Origin: Chiloscyllium plagiosum
Taxonomy: Eukaryota
NCBI RefSeq assembly: GCF_004010195.1
Contig: NC_057754.1
Span: forward strand, 3,037,649-3,101,648
Length of the DNA stretch: 64,000 nucleotides
Direction: 5' to 3'
Under the pieces are notes generated by a model. It had not been told where the DNA came from. It worked only from the letters and a program-made list of their open reading frames with translations, and ran no database searches. Every line of letters starts with the position of its first letter. The first letter of the stretch is position 1. A program made the position numbers and the translations under genes. Shown piece by piece: positions 12,836 to 25,550 of this stretch.

Positions 12836-14779
12836 CTGTCAGCAGAACGCGAGGAGAGGGGAAATGTGAGCCACTGAAGAATTACATTACCCTGGCGCCT
12901 ACCTCTACTTCCCGAGCCAACGGATCCGCAACTCAAAACGCGTGCATAGTAGGATCCCAACAACCCACCTGGCCTGGTTTCCGTGACTGGGTACAAATAT
13001 CAAACCCGGGGCCCTGTGCAGGGCACAGCTGCCCGCGTTCCCCACACTTCTGACTTGCCCTTTACTTTTCAATCATTCCCGGGATGTGGGCATCTCTGGC
13101 CAGGCCAGCGCTTACTGCCCCATCCTAATTACCCAGAAGGCAACTGAGAGTCAACCACATTGCCGTGGGTCTGGAGTCACATTTAGGCCACATCGGGTAA
13201 GTTTGGCATTTTCCTTCCCTGAAGGGCATTAGTGAACCAGATGGGTTTTTCCAACAATCAGCAATTCACCCATGGTCATCGTTAGGCTCTTAATTCCAAA
13301 TTTTGTTTCATTTTGAAAATTAATTCAAGTTCCACCATGTTGGGATTTGAATAGGTCCCCAGCACATCACCAGGAGTCTCTGGATCAATAGCTTGGAGAT
13401 AACACCACTAGGCCATCACCTCTTCTTCCTGTTGGATCTTCCTTGTCTACCTTCAGGGATTGGTGAGGTGGGTTTACTATCCAGCCAATGGATAGGCACC
13501 TTCAACAATGCTCTCTGTTGGCCTGGATTTGCACTGGACCCCAGTGCAGGAACTTACAGCCCCACAACTTCCTAAGAAGAGTGGACAGAGCTGTTCCTCT
13601 GACAGGGCCACGACAGCAGACTAGAATCTCACCCACACCCTGAACACCTCCCAGCAGGTCACTGGAAAGTAATTACCTGATTAAAACCTTCTTCCCCAAC
13701 CCACACACAGAGGCACGACACAACTATTTGGTTACCATGACGCTTTGATCTAACGATAGCAATAACCGACATGAGTTGTCCTTCACTAACAGCCCCTCGG
13801 GCCATTACAGACGGTGATTAAGAGTTAACCCCCATTGCTGTGGGTCTGGAACCGTGTGTGCGTGTGGGCCAGACTGGGTAAGGATGGCAGATTTCCTTCC
13901 CTGAAGGGCGGTGGTGAAACGGATGGGTTTTTGTGACAATCTTTGATGGTCATTATCATGGAGAGGAGCTGGATGTTCCAGGTTTCACAGTGGCCTACTG
14001 CCTCACAGCACTAGGGACCTGGGTTTCTGGGTTTGATTCCACCCTCAGGCAACTGCGTGTGTGTGTGTGTGTGTGTATAAGGGGGGTTTCCTTTCAAAGA
14101 TGTGCAGGTTAGTGTGGATTGGCCATGCTACATTGCCCCATAGTGTGCAGGCTAGGTGGGTTAGCCATGGGAAATTGGTGGTTGGTCGCTTTTTGGTGTG
14201 GACTCATAGAGTCATAGAGATGTACAGCATGGAAACAGACCCTTTGGTCCAACCCTTCCATATATACCAACCCAATCTAGTCCCAATGGCCTGTTTCCAT
14301 ACTGCAAGGAATTCTATGAAGTTCCATCAGCAGCTGTGCCAAGATTTGAACCGGTGGCCTCATCATCAGAGTGGGCCTCTGGATTATCTAGCGCAGTGAC
14401 ATTACCATTACACCAGCCCCTCCTCCCACCAAAAGCAGGTCTCGAGTGGTTGGCCACCTCAGGGTGAATGAATAAGCTTTGCATTGGATGATCGCCCTTT
14501 GATGGTGGGCACCAGTTTGATGCCCATCTTTCACCGGACTTCGTGGAGATGAGGGGAACGAGAGAAGAGACTGAAGGAATCTCTGAAAAGTGGGGGAGGT
14601 GCAGAAAGTTGGAATTCAGGCCACAACTGGATCAGCCACTCCCTTGTGGAATGGAGAAGCAGGCTTGGAGGGACCGAATGGCCGCCCTTTGCTTAGGGTT
14701 GCGTCCTCTGAACCATCGGTGGTTGGTCTCCCCAGGGGCCTCTAAGCGCACACCACCGCCACCCCTCCCTGTTAGTTAC

Positions 14780-14907
14780 CTGGGTCAGTGAGCGCCAGTC
14801 CATGTTGGCGCTGCCGATGTAGACATGGCGTCCATCGACCACCCAGACCTTGGTGTGGACAATGCCACCCGTCAGGTTTTTCAGGAACACATGCCTCACC
14901 TCAGCAC
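14780..14907 (-). CDS. PLD3-like exon with first HKD motif
   Basis: tgcag|(G)[42 protein letters not shown]|gtaac; 128 nt, phase 1 to 0. Confidence 0.97.
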
Positions 14908-16109
14908 CTGCACCACAAAACAGCACAGTCAGACGAGAATCAGAGCGTGACTCAGAACATAGACTGACAACAGGAACTTACCGTGAGCAATAGATCTCCA
15001 GACCTTTGGAGTACTAAGGATATCCAGAACGATGCGCAGGAAGCAGAGTTGGTGGAGGACAGGAAGATTGCTACAATCCTTTCCTTAAAATTTTTAACCA
15101 AAGGATGTGGCTGGGCCTGCATTTATTGCCTGTTCCTAATTGCCCAGAGGGCAGTGAAGAGTCAACCACATCGCTGTGGGTCTGGGGTCACCAGTAGGCC
15201 CAGACCTCAGGCAAGGACAGTAGTTCCCTTTCCTGAAGGACATTATTGAACATGAGATGGATTTTTGCAACAATGGTTTCATGGTCATCATTGGTCTTGA
15301 TTCCAGATTCTTTTTACTGAATTCAAATAGCACCACATGCTGTCATGGGGTTCAAACACAGGTTTCCCAGGTCTCTGAGACCGTGGGCCTCTGGATTATT
15401 ACTCAGGGTAAAACCATTAGACCTTCACCTCCCCTCCAGGAGCTAGGAAGCTGTAGGGTCACCACTATTGAACATCCATGGTCTCATTCAATGGGGGGGG
15501 GGGTAGAAGAAGACTCAATGGGCTGAATGGCCTTCCCCCACTCCACTCCTATAGTCTTACGGTCTCGTGAACAGAACGGTGAGAGGGCGATTGACCTGAA
15601 GGCAGAAGAGATCAGATCGTTCCAAGTCGGGTATCCCGCAAGTTTGTTGCCAACGTTGGATTCATCAAATCTTAGTAGGAAGGGGGCAGGAAAATGCAAA
15701 AAGGAAGATAGAAATCTGGAATAAATGGCCTACTGGGGTAGGCTTCTGAAGCAAATGTATAAAGGGAATGAATTAAAACAATATGTGGTCGGCATGGACA
15801 GGTTGGACCAAAGGGTCTGTTTCCATGCTGTACATCTCTCTGACTCTATAAGAGGGCTTGACAGAGAGGGAGACAACACACAAATATTGTGGTCCAAAAA
15901 TTTCAAAGAACTTGAGGAAGCAGCAGTGTGCTTCCCCTGTGGCCGAATAGCCTGCCACCATTCACAGTGGCCAAGGGGCTACTAACAATCCTGGCAAGAA
16001 TTTGGGGTTATCCTGGTGGCGAATGTTGAGGGAGAGTTGGACGGGGGTGGTGGTCATACGGAGGGACAGGAACATAGAGGAGGCGGCAGTCAGTAAACAA
16101 GGGACTCAC

Positions 16110-16224
16110 CGCTTTTCGCCAGATCGCCTGTGTCTTTTTCAGACTGCTGGGGGCTGTTGACAGCGATCTTCAGGGTAATCCCTCGTGATTTCAAACCCGC
16201 CAGCTGCTTAAAGACCTGCTCACC
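16110..16224 (-). CDS. PLD3-like exon
   Basis: cgcag|GEQVFKQLAGLKSRGITLKIAVNSPQQSEKDTGDLAKSG|gtgagt; 115 nt, phase 0 to 1. Confidence 0.93.
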
Positions 16225-16297
16225 CTGCGCACAAACCACATCGCTAAAATTAGGGCGTGAGGCAACTCCACAGAATATCCCGTCACCGAGTCACCAC

Positions 16298-16832
16298 TTA
16301 GAGTCATAGAGATGTACAGCACGGAAACAGATCCTTCGGCCCAACCCGTCCATGCCGACCAGATCTCCCAACCCAATCCAGTCCCACCTGCCAGCACCCG
16401 GCCCATATCCCTCCAAACCCTTCCTATTCATATACCCATCCAAATGCCCCTTAAATGTTTCAATTGTACCAGCCTCCACCACTTCCTCTAGCAGCTCATT
16501 CCATACACGCACCACCCTCTGTGTGAAAAAGTTGCCTCTTGGATCTCTTTTATATCTTTCCCTTCTCACCCAAAACCTATGCCCCTCTAGTTCTGTACTC
16601 CCAGGGAAAAGACTTTGTCTATTTATCCTATCCATGCCCCTCATGATTTTGTAAACCTCTATAATGTCACCCCTCAGCCTCCGACGCTCCAGGGAAAACA
16701 GCCCCAGCCTGTTCAGCCTCTCCCTGTAGCTCAAACCCTCCAACCCTGGCAACATCCTTGTAAATCTTTTCTGAACCCTTTCAAGTTTCACAACATCTTT
16801 CAGATAGGAAGGAGACCAGAATTGCACACCAT
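16298..16832 (-). mobile_element. Young 5'-truncated CR1/HER1 LINE
   Basis: Open VQFWSP..KLERVQKRFTRMLPGLEGLSYRERL..NFFTQRVVRVWNEL and CTCTATGACTCTA tail. Confidence 0.95.
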
Positions 16833-17924
16833 AGCCTCTAATTGACACGGGGGGAGTCCTTGACCCCAGGAAGGCCCCCACTGGGCCAGCTCTCAGAGTG
16901 AACAGAACCTCTGACACTCCCCTGTTAATTTTCCTTTGGCCAGCTGGCTCAGAGTCAGCCCCCTGAACGGAGGAGATTCTAAATCTCCACTCAGGGTTAT
17001 TTCTTCTCTCTCTCTCTCTCTCTCTCTCTCCACCCCCACCCTACCGCCTAACATCGGTAGTGCTTATTCAGTCCCCAGCGCCCATGTCGCGCGTGTGTGT
17101 AGGTGTCGGACACAGTGAAGAATAACAAATACAGAAATTTTTATCCCTATTCCACCGCCAGGAAGAAAGGAAACACCCCAGTGGCCAGTGACAAGCAGTG
17201 CCCTTCTCGGAGGGCAATGCTGTGTGATCAAACAGTGAAGGGGAGGGCAGGGATTGCCTCAAAATAGAGTCGGAGGGGGAAATAAAACCCTCCACACCCT
17301 GCGGTGCCCACCTCTCCCTGAAAACCTCGAGGGTGCTGGTAGACACCGCGTGCTCCTTCTCTGGGGACACCTCTTCACCTGTTTATATCTGTCATCCCTG
17401 GTTGTACCAGGTTAACCTGATGAAGGGCTTTTGCCCGAAACGTCGATTTTCCTGCTCCTCGGATGCTGCCTGACCTGCTGTGCTTTTCCAGCACCACTCT
17501 AATCTAGACTCTGGTTTCCAGCATCTGCAGCCCTCACTTTTGCCAAGGTTAACAACCCCAAACAGGGAGCTCGCCTTCTATAAGGTTCACCTGGCTGACC
17601 TCATTATACAGCTTTAAACTAATCGAAGGAAGCCCAGTGTCTCTCAGAGAGCAAGTACAACTGGTTGGAAAATCTCATCCGTTTGGAAACGTTTGCCTGA
17701 AGGGAAGGCCAACACTTATTGCCCATCCCTAATTGTCCGAGGGACTAACTAGGGCCATTACAGAGGGCAGTTAGGAGACAAACCACATTGCTGTGGTTGT
17801 GGAGTCACATGCAGGCCAGACAGGGCCCAGATTTCGTTCCCAAAACCGGACGCTTTTCCCTGGCAGGTTTTAGCGATTGAAATTTTGATTAGTGATGGAG
17901 AAAGCATTACAGGAAGTGCAGGCT

Positions 17925-18974
17925 TGAAAGTGGAGTGACGGGTAGGCAGGATAGTGAAGAAGGCGTTTGGTATGGCTTGCCTTTATTGGTCAGTGCACTG
18001 ACTATGGGAGTTGGGAGGTCTGTACAGGACATTGGTCAGGCCACTTTTGGAATACTGCATTCAATTCCCTGCCACAAGCAGGAGGTTGTGAAACGTGAAA
18101 GGGTTGAGAAAAGATTTACAAGAATGTTGCCAGGGTTGGAGGGTTTGAGCTACAGGGAGAGGCTGACTACACCAGCACCGCTTTCCCTGGAGCGTTGGAG
18201 GCTGAGGGGTGACCTTATAGAGACTTATAAAATCATCAAACGCATGGATAGGCTAAATAGTCAAAGTCTTTTCCTCGGGGTAGGGGAGTTCAGCACTAGA
18301 GGGCTGAGGTTTAAGGTGAGAGGGAAAAGGTTTAAAAGGGATCAGAGGGGCTACTTTTTTCACACAGAGGGTGGTGTGTGTATGGAATGAGCTGCCAGGA
18401 GAAGTGGTGGAGGCTGGTACAATGACAACATTTAAAAGGCACCTGGATGGGTATGTGAATAGAATAGCCTTTAGTGTGAATGGTAGGGAATTAGAGTTTG
18501 CGATTTTTGTAAAGATTTGTAGCTCAGGGCTGAGGTTCAGGTTGTAAGTTTGCTCACTGAGCTGGAAGACTGGCTCTCAGACGTTTCGTCACCATGCTGG
18601 GTAACATCATCAGTGAGCCTCTGATGAAGCGCTGGTGTTGTGTCTCGCTTTCTATTGGTGTGTCTAGGTCTAAACAAAAAGACAGAACGCGCCCAGAGAC
18701 TCTAGCCACATTACCACACATTAAAGGCATCTCGGAGATGGCAACCAGACTACTCCAGCCCCTTGGCATCGTGGTAGCCCATAAACCTACCAACACACTG
18801 AAAGAGCTCTTGATGAACCTAAAGGACCCTGTACCAACAACCAGCAGAATTAATGTCATTTACAAAATACCCTGCAAGGCCTGCGACAAAATACATCAGA
18901 CAGACGAGCAGGAAACTAGCTACCAGGATACATGAGCACCAACTGGCCACCAAAGGACACGACCAACTATCACT

Positions 18975-19005
<31 letters not shown>

Positions 19006-19412
19006 GATGAGGGGTACCAGTCCGACTGGGATAATACATCCATCCTAGACAATGCACGGGAATCCTTACAGGCCTGGCACTCAAACCGAAACTCCATCAA
19101 CAAACACATCGATTTGAACCCCATTTACCAAACTCTCAGAAACACAACCTGAAGTGATAACACCCACCACATCACGAGACACATCAATAGAAAGCGAGAC
19201 ACAACACCAGCGCTTCATCAGAGGCTCACTGATGATGTTACCCAGCATGGTGACGAAACGTCCGAGAACAAGTCTTCCAGCTCACCGAGCAAACTCACAG
19301 CCCGGATTTGGAGGGATATGGGCCAAATGCTGGCAGATTAATTTGGGATATCTGGTCGGCACGGACAAGGTGGGTTGAAGGGTCCGTTTGCGTGCTGTAC
19401 ATCTCTGTGACT
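17925..19412 (+). mobile_element. CR1/HER1 3' fragment interrupted by a Penelope element
   Basis: CR1 ORF to ~18460; tail resumes at ~19304 (GGATTTGGAGGGATATGGG). Confidence 0.9.
18500..19303 (+). mobile_element. Penelope-like element: GIY-YIG endonuclease remnant between inverted terminal repeats
   Basis: TLPHIKGISE..LLQPLGI..HKPTNTL..NVIYKIPCKAC..QTSRKLATRIHEH..SINKHIDL; ~18545-18660 is the reverse complement of ~19180-19295. Confidence 0.92.
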
Positions 19413-19466
19413 CCAGGACTCTTACGTGTGTATAAGCCAGGCAAGGATTGAGAAAGCACTGTTCAC

Positions 19467-19650
19467 CTGAGAGGCTGAAGGATCCCCTTGGCTCAGGTCA
19501 CCGCCCCGCAATGTGAAGTAAAAGGCTGCGATTTCCACAGTGTGGTTGGCCTGATCGAGGAGATCCATCCAGCCGTTGTAGATGGAGACATGGTGAGGGG
19601 CACCTTTGGAGAACGAAAGTCCGATCGGAATACTCTCCACCAGAGTCAAC
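19467..19650 (-). CDS. PLD3-like exon (start of the catalytic domain)
   Basis: tttgcag|(x)LTLVESIPIGLSF...WMDLLDQANHTVEIAAFYFTLRG...SASQ|gtgaac; 184 nt, phase 2 to 0. Confidence 0.95.
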
Positions 19651-21399
19651 CTGCAAACCAAACAATACTCACACGGATCTCTCCCGGGATTTAAATGTCC
19701 CAGAAGCAGCCAGGGTGCCTCCGTGCCGATCTCCCGTTCCCTGGACATCTCCGCTACTGCCTCATGTGCCAACTCACTTGCTGTGCTCGCTTACCCTCAC
19801 TGGTGGCCAGTCAATTCTTACTCTGTAACCTCCTCCCTGCACCTACTCCTACACCCCCTCCCTGTCTCTGTCACCCCCTCCAGCCCCTACACCCCTCCCT
19901 ATCTCTGTCACCCNNNNNNNNNNNNNNNNNNNNNNNNNNNNNNNNNNNNNNNNNNNNNNNNNNNNNNNNNNNNNNNNNNNNNNNNNNNNNNNNNNNNNNN
20001 NNNNNNNNNNNNNNNNNNNNNNNNNNNNNNNNNNNNNNNNNNNNNNNNNNNNNNNNNNNNNNNNNNNNNNNNNNNNNNNNNNNNNNNNNNNNNNNNNNNN
20101 NNNNNNNNNNNNNNNNNNNNNNNNNNNNNNNNNNNNNNNNNNNNNNNNNNNNNNNNNNNNNNNNNNNNNNNNNNNNNNNNNNNNNNNNNNNNNNNNNNNN
20201 NNNNNNNNNNNNNNNNNNNNNNNNNNNNNNNNNNNNNNNNNNNNNNNNNNNNNNNNNNNNNNNNNNNNNNNNNNNNNNNNNNNNNNNNNNNNNNNNNNNN
20301 NNNNNNNNNNNNNNNNNNNNNNNNNNNNNNNNNNNNNNNNNNNNNNNNNNNNNNNNNNNNNNNNNNNNNNNNNNNNNNNNNNNNNNNNNNNNNNNNNNNN
20401 NNNNNNNNNNNNNNNNNNNNNNNNNNNNNNNNNNNNNNNNNNNNNNNNNNNNNNNNNNNNNNNNNNNNNNNNNNNNNNNNNNNNNNNNNNNNNNNNNNNN
20501 NNNNNNNNNNNNNNNNNNNNNNNNNNNNNNNNNNNNNNNNNNNNNNNNNNNNNNNNNNNNNNNNNNNNNNNNNNNNNNNNNNNNNNNNNNNNNNNNNNNN
20601 NNNNNNNNNNNNNNNNNNNNNNNNNNNNNNNNNNNNNNNNNNNNNNNNNNNNNNNNNNNNNNNNNNNNNNNNNNNNNNNNNNNNNNNNNNNNNNNNNNNN
20701 NNNNNNNNNNNNNNNNNNNNNNGGAGGAGGGTGAGAGGGGGGGGGGGGGGGGGGGGGGGGAGAGGGAGGGGGAGAGAGAGAGAGATATAGAGAGGGAGGG
20801 GGAGAGAGGGAGATGGGGGTGGAAGAGATGGAGAGACAGGGAGGGAGAGAGACGGAGAGAGACAGAGAGAGAGAGAGAGACGGGGGTGGGGGAACAAAAC
20901 AGGCAATCACCAAGAGTGGCAAGCATTGAGAGCACCTTCCTATTGCTGAAGCCACCCACGGTCGAATAGCTAGCCCAGACTCACAAGGTTGGCTCCATGG
21001 GCAGAATGTGACAGATCTGCTCAAATCACCACCCCGTACGCCGTCACAGGTCAGAGGGCATTTCCACCATGTGAGGCATCACAGTACATTCCGATGCTAT
21101 GCCCCCTCCCTGCAATGCACAAGTGTGAATGTGCGGGGGTGGGGGGGGGGGTTAGGGGGAATGACCAGGCTGGACAGGGCTTAGACAGAAAAGGACCTGA
21201 TTCCAATCCCTGTGTCCTGAACGTATCCACCTCCCCACCACCCCCCACCAACCACCCACCCCACCCCCGGCGACCATTGCTCATTCCCCATACCCTCCGA
21301 CCTCGCATCCAAGGACAGCAGAGGCCATTTGAAAATGAGGGGTGTGTGTGACGAGAAAGTCCCTCATCACTCATGTCTCATCATTACCATCACCTCCAT

Positions 21400-21800
21400 A
21401 CCGTGCTGACCCTGTCCTGGGGAGTGTTTGATGGGGGGACAGTGTAGAGGGAGCTTTACTCTGTATCTAACCCCGTGCTGTCCCTGTCCTGGGAGTGTTT
21501 GATGGGGGACAGTGTAGAGGGAGCTTTACTCTGTATCTAACCCCGTGCTGTCCCTGTCCCTGCAAGTGTTTGATGGGGGACAGGGCAGAGGGAGCTTTAC
21601 CCTGTATCTAACCCCGTGCTGTCCCTGTCCTGGGAGTGTTTGATGGGGGACAGTGTAGAGGGAGCTTTACCCTGTATCTTACCCCGTGCTGTCCCCTGTC
21701 CTGGGAGTGTTTGATGGGGGACAGTGTAGAGGGAGCTTTACTCTGTATCTAACCCCGTGCTGTCCCTGTCCCTGCAAGTGTTTGATGGGGGACAGGGCAG
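21400..21800. repeat. ~70-bp shark satellite (CCCTGTCCTGGGAGTGTTTGATGGGGGACAGTGTAGAGGGAGCTTTACTCTGTATCTAACCCCGTGCTGT)
   Basis: ~5.5 tandem copies; another array at 32036-32625. Confidence 0.95.
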
Positions 21801-23390
21801 ATGGGGTTAGGAAGAGGGTGAAGGGCTGGAGGAGGTGTATGGGGTTAGGAAGAGGGTGAAGGGCTGGAGGAGGTGTATGGGGTTAGGAAGAGGGTGAAGG
21901 GCTGGAGGAGGTGTATGGGGTTAGGAAGAGGGTGAAGGGCTGGAGGAGGTGTATGGGGTTAGGAAGAGGGTGAAGGGCTGGAGGAGGTGTATGGGGTTAG
22001 GAAGAGGGTGAAGGGCTGGAGGAGGTGTATGGGGTTAGGAAGAGGGTGAAGGGCTGGAGGAGGTGTATGGGGTTAGGAAGAGGGTGAAGGGCTGGAGGAG
22101 GTGTATGGGGTTAGGAAGAGGGTGAAGGGCTGGAGGAGGTGTATGGGGTTAGGAAGAGGGTGAAGGGCTGGAGGAGGTGTATGGGGTTAGGAAGAGGGTG
22201 AAGGGCTGGAGGAGGTGTATGGGGTTAGGAAGAGGGTGAAGGGCTGGAGGAGGTGTATGGGGTTAGGAAGAGGGTGAAGGGCTGGAGGAGGTGTATGGGG
22301 TTAGGAAGAGGGTGAAGGGCTGGAGGAGGTGTATGGGGTTAGGAAGAGGGTGAAGGGCTGGAGGAGGTGTATGGGGTTAGGAAGAGGGTGAAGGGCTGGA
22401 GGAGGTGTATGGGGTTAGGAAGAGGGTGAAGGGCTGGAGGAGGTGTATGGGGTTAGGAAGAGGGTGAAGGGCTGGAGGAGGTGTATGGGGTTAGGAAGAG
22501 GGTGAAGGGCTGGAGGAGGTGTATGGGGTTAGGAAGAGGGTGAAGGGCTGGAGGAGGTGTATGGGGTTAGGAAGAGGGTGAAGGGCTGGAGGAGGTGTAT
22601 GGGGTTAGGAAGAGGGTGAAGGGCTGGAGGAGGTGTATGGGGTTAGGAAGAGGGTGAAGGGCTGGAGGAGGTGTATGGGGTTAGGAAGAGGGTGAAGGGC
22701 TGGAGGAGGTGTATGGGGTTAGGAAGAGGGTGAAGGGCTGGAGGAGGTGTATGGGGTTAGGAAGAGGGTGAAGGGCTGGAGGAGGTGTATGGGGTTAGGA
22801 AGAGGGTGAAGGGCTGGAGGAGGTGTATGGGGTTAGGAAGAGGGTGAAGGGCTGGAGGAGGTGTATGGGGTTAGGAAGAGGGTGAAGGGCTGGAGGAGGT
22901 GTATGGGGTTAGGAAGAGGGTGAAGGGCTGGAGGAGGTGTATGGGGTTAGGAAGAGGGTGAAGGGCTGGAGGAGGTGTATGGGGTTAGGAAGAGGGTGAA
23001 GGGCTGGAGGAGGTGTATGGGGTTAGGAAGAGGGTGAAGGGCTGGAGGAGGTGTATGGGGTTAGGAAGAGGGTGAAGGGCTGGAGGAGGTGTATGGGGTT
23101 AGGAAGAGGGTGAAGGGCTGGAGGAGGTGTATGGGGTTAGGAAGAGGGTGAAGGGCTGGAGGAGGTGTATGGGGTTAGGAAGAGGGTGAAGGGCTGGAGG
23201 AGGTGTATGGGGTTAGGAAGAGGGTGAAGGGCTGGAGGAGGTGTATGGGGTTAGGAAGAGGGTGAAGGGCTGGAGGAGGTGTATGGGGTTAGGAAGAGGG
23301 TGAAGGGCTGGAGGAGGTGTATGGGGTTAGGGAGAGGGTGTAGGGGCTGGAGGAGGTGTATGGGGTTAGGAGGAGGGTGTAGGGGCTGGA
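21801..23390. repeat. 38-bp G-rich minisatellite (ATGGGGTTAGGAAGAGGGTGAAGGGCTGGAGGAGGTGT), ~41 copies
   Basis: Essentially identical tandem copies, degenerate only at the right end. Confidence 0.97.
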
Positions 23391-23570
23391 AGTGGTGACA
23401 GAGATAGGGAGGGATTTCAAAACAAGCAGCCGGACCCTTGTCAAATTGAAATATTTTCCTAACAGCAATCTCTGTGGGATTCCTCAGATCGCAGGTCTTC
23501 TCACATTCACCAACCATCTCCTGCAGTGACCAGCAGCTGACCTTCAAGCCCAGACCATTGTAATACTGAC

Positions 23571-23798
23571 CTTGACCACAGGAGGGACCATGATGCTCCT
23601 GGGGGTCTCCTGGTGCTCAGTTCCATCCTCCTCTTCCTCCTTCTGTTCTTCCTCCCCTTCCTCCTTCTTCATCCTCCTTTGCTTCAAATCTAAGTCTGCC
23701 TTCACCTTCTGCAGAACAACCTGAAGTGGTTTCAAATTAACCTGATGGAACATGACCCACTCTGAAATTAGGCGCTGGCGCAGTGCTTTCACCGTGCG
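23571..23798 (-). CDS. Candidate N-terminal exon of the PLD3-like gene (charged, E/K-rich)
   Basis: Pyrimidine tract + cacag|RTVKALRQRLISEW...KKEEGEEEQKEEEED...PPVVK|gtcagt; 228 nt, open, phase 0 to 0. Confidence 0.6.
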
Positions 23799-24169
23799 CT
23801 GTGATATCACACAAGAGAGAGATACAGGAGAGGGTAGACATGTCTAACTGGTTCCTCAATGCCCTGTCCATTCTGGGACAGAAAGGACACCCTACCTCCA
23901 AAACGAAGCACTTTGTAAAACATACTTTTTGTGTGTACAACTCCCATACACAGCAATGTGAGCATGATCCAGATCATTTGATTTTGGTGTTGTTGGTTGA
24001 GGGATAAATATTTGCCCCCAGGACTCCAGAGAGAACACCCTCTCGCTCATTTACCAATAGTAGCCACTCGATTCTCTTACACACATAATCAGACCCACAG
24101 TCATCTATACGTACAACCTTGACCCTTCGAGAGGGCAGGGGTAGCTCAGCAATTAATGTCTCATCTGAA

Positions 24170-25550
24170 AGATAACACACCCGACAGCATGGCACTCCCT
24201 CAGTACTGACCCCCCCGACAGTGCGGCGCTCCCTCAGTACTGACCCCCCGACAGTGCGGCGCTCCCTCAGTACTGACCCCCCCGACAGCATGGCGCTCCC
24301 TCAGTACTGGCCCCCCAACAGCATGGCGCTCCCTCAGTACTGACCCCCCNNNNNNNNNNNNNNNNNNNNNNNNNNNNNNNNNNNNNNNNNNNNNNNNNNN
24401 NNNNNNNNNNNNNNNNNNNNNNNNNNNNNNNNNNNNNNNNNNNNNNNNNNNNNNNNNNNNNNNNNNNNNNNNNNNNNNNNNNNNNNNNNNNNNNNNNNNN
24501 NNNNNNNNNNNNNNNNNNNNNNNNNNNNNNNNNNNNNNNNNNNNNNNNNNNNNNNNNNNNNNNNNNNNNNNNNNNNNNNNNNNNNNNNNNNNNNNNNNNN
24601 NNNNNNNNNNNNNNNNNNNNNNNNNNNNNNNNNNNNNNNNNNNNNNNNNNNNNNNNNNNNNNNNNNNNNNNNNNNNNNNNNNNNNNNNNNNNNNNNNNNN
24701 NNNNNNNNNNNNNNNNNNNNNNNNNNNNNNNNNNNNNNNNNNNNNNNNNNNNNNNNNNNNNNNNNNNNNNNNNNNNNNNNNNNNNNNNNNNNNNNNNNNN
24801 NNNNNNNNNNNNNNNNNNNNNNNNNNNNNNNNNNNNNNNNNNNNNNNNNNNNNNNNNNNNNNNNNNNNNNNNNNNNNNNNNNNNNNNNNNNNNNNNNNNN
24901 NNNNNNNNNNNNNNNNNNNNNNNNNNNNNNNNNNNNNNNNNNNNNNNNNNNNNNNNNNNNNNNNNNNNNNNNNNNNNNNNNNNNNNNNNNNNNNNNNNNN
25001 NNNNNNNNNNNNNNNNNNNNNNNNNNNNNNNNNNNNNNNNNNNNNNNNNNNNNNNNNNNNNNNNNNNNNNNNNNNNNNNNNNNNNNNNNNNNTGCAGTGC
25101 TCTCAGAGTACAGAGCCTCAGACAGTGCGGCATTCCCTCTGGACTGAACGTCTGACAGCATGGTGCTCCCTCAGTACTGACCCTCCGACAGCATGGTGCT
25201 CCCTCAGCACTGACCCTCCGTCAGTGCCCACTCCCTCAGCACTGACCCTCCCACAGTGCCCACTCCCTCCGTACTGACCCTCCGACAGCACAGTGCTGCC
25301 TCAGCCTTGACCCTCCGACAGTGTAGCACTCCCTCAGCATTGACCTTCCCACAGTGCGGCACTCCATCAACACTGGCCCTCTGACAGCGCGGCACGCCCT
25401 CAGCCTTGACCCTCCAAAAGCACAGCGCTCCCTCAGCACTGACCCTCCCACTGTGCCTGCTCCCTCAGCACTGACCCTTCGACAGTGCCCACTCCCTCAG
25501 CACTGACCCTCCGACAGTGCCCACTCCCTCAGCACTGACCCTCCGGCTGC
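24170..25550 (-). repeat. 33-bp minisatellite apparently derived from a DeuSINE internal segment, spanning an N gap (24350-25092)
   Basis: Reverse complement of GTCAGTGCTGAGGGAGCGCCGCACTGTCGGAGG; followed by SINE-like TCTTTCAGATGAGACATTAA. Confidence 0.85.

Noticed and set aside
19672-19772. Upstream extension of ORF 19422-19772 (MAHEAV...RDPCEY) as the PLD start
   Set aside because: A strong acceptor sits at 19651; the gtgagt at ~19672 would give a ~22-nt intron in the wrong phase; there is no TM segment.
19606-21024. Long ORFs of 330-420 aa (also 24267-25161, 28698-29135, 37081-38691, 50101-50706, 55100-55691)
   Set aside because: They are open only because they run through N gaps.
23480-23560. 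GECEKTCD as the Cys motif that precedes the PLD catalytic domain
   Set aside because: No GT donor in phase 2 follows it, and it is out of frame with the 23571-23798 exon.
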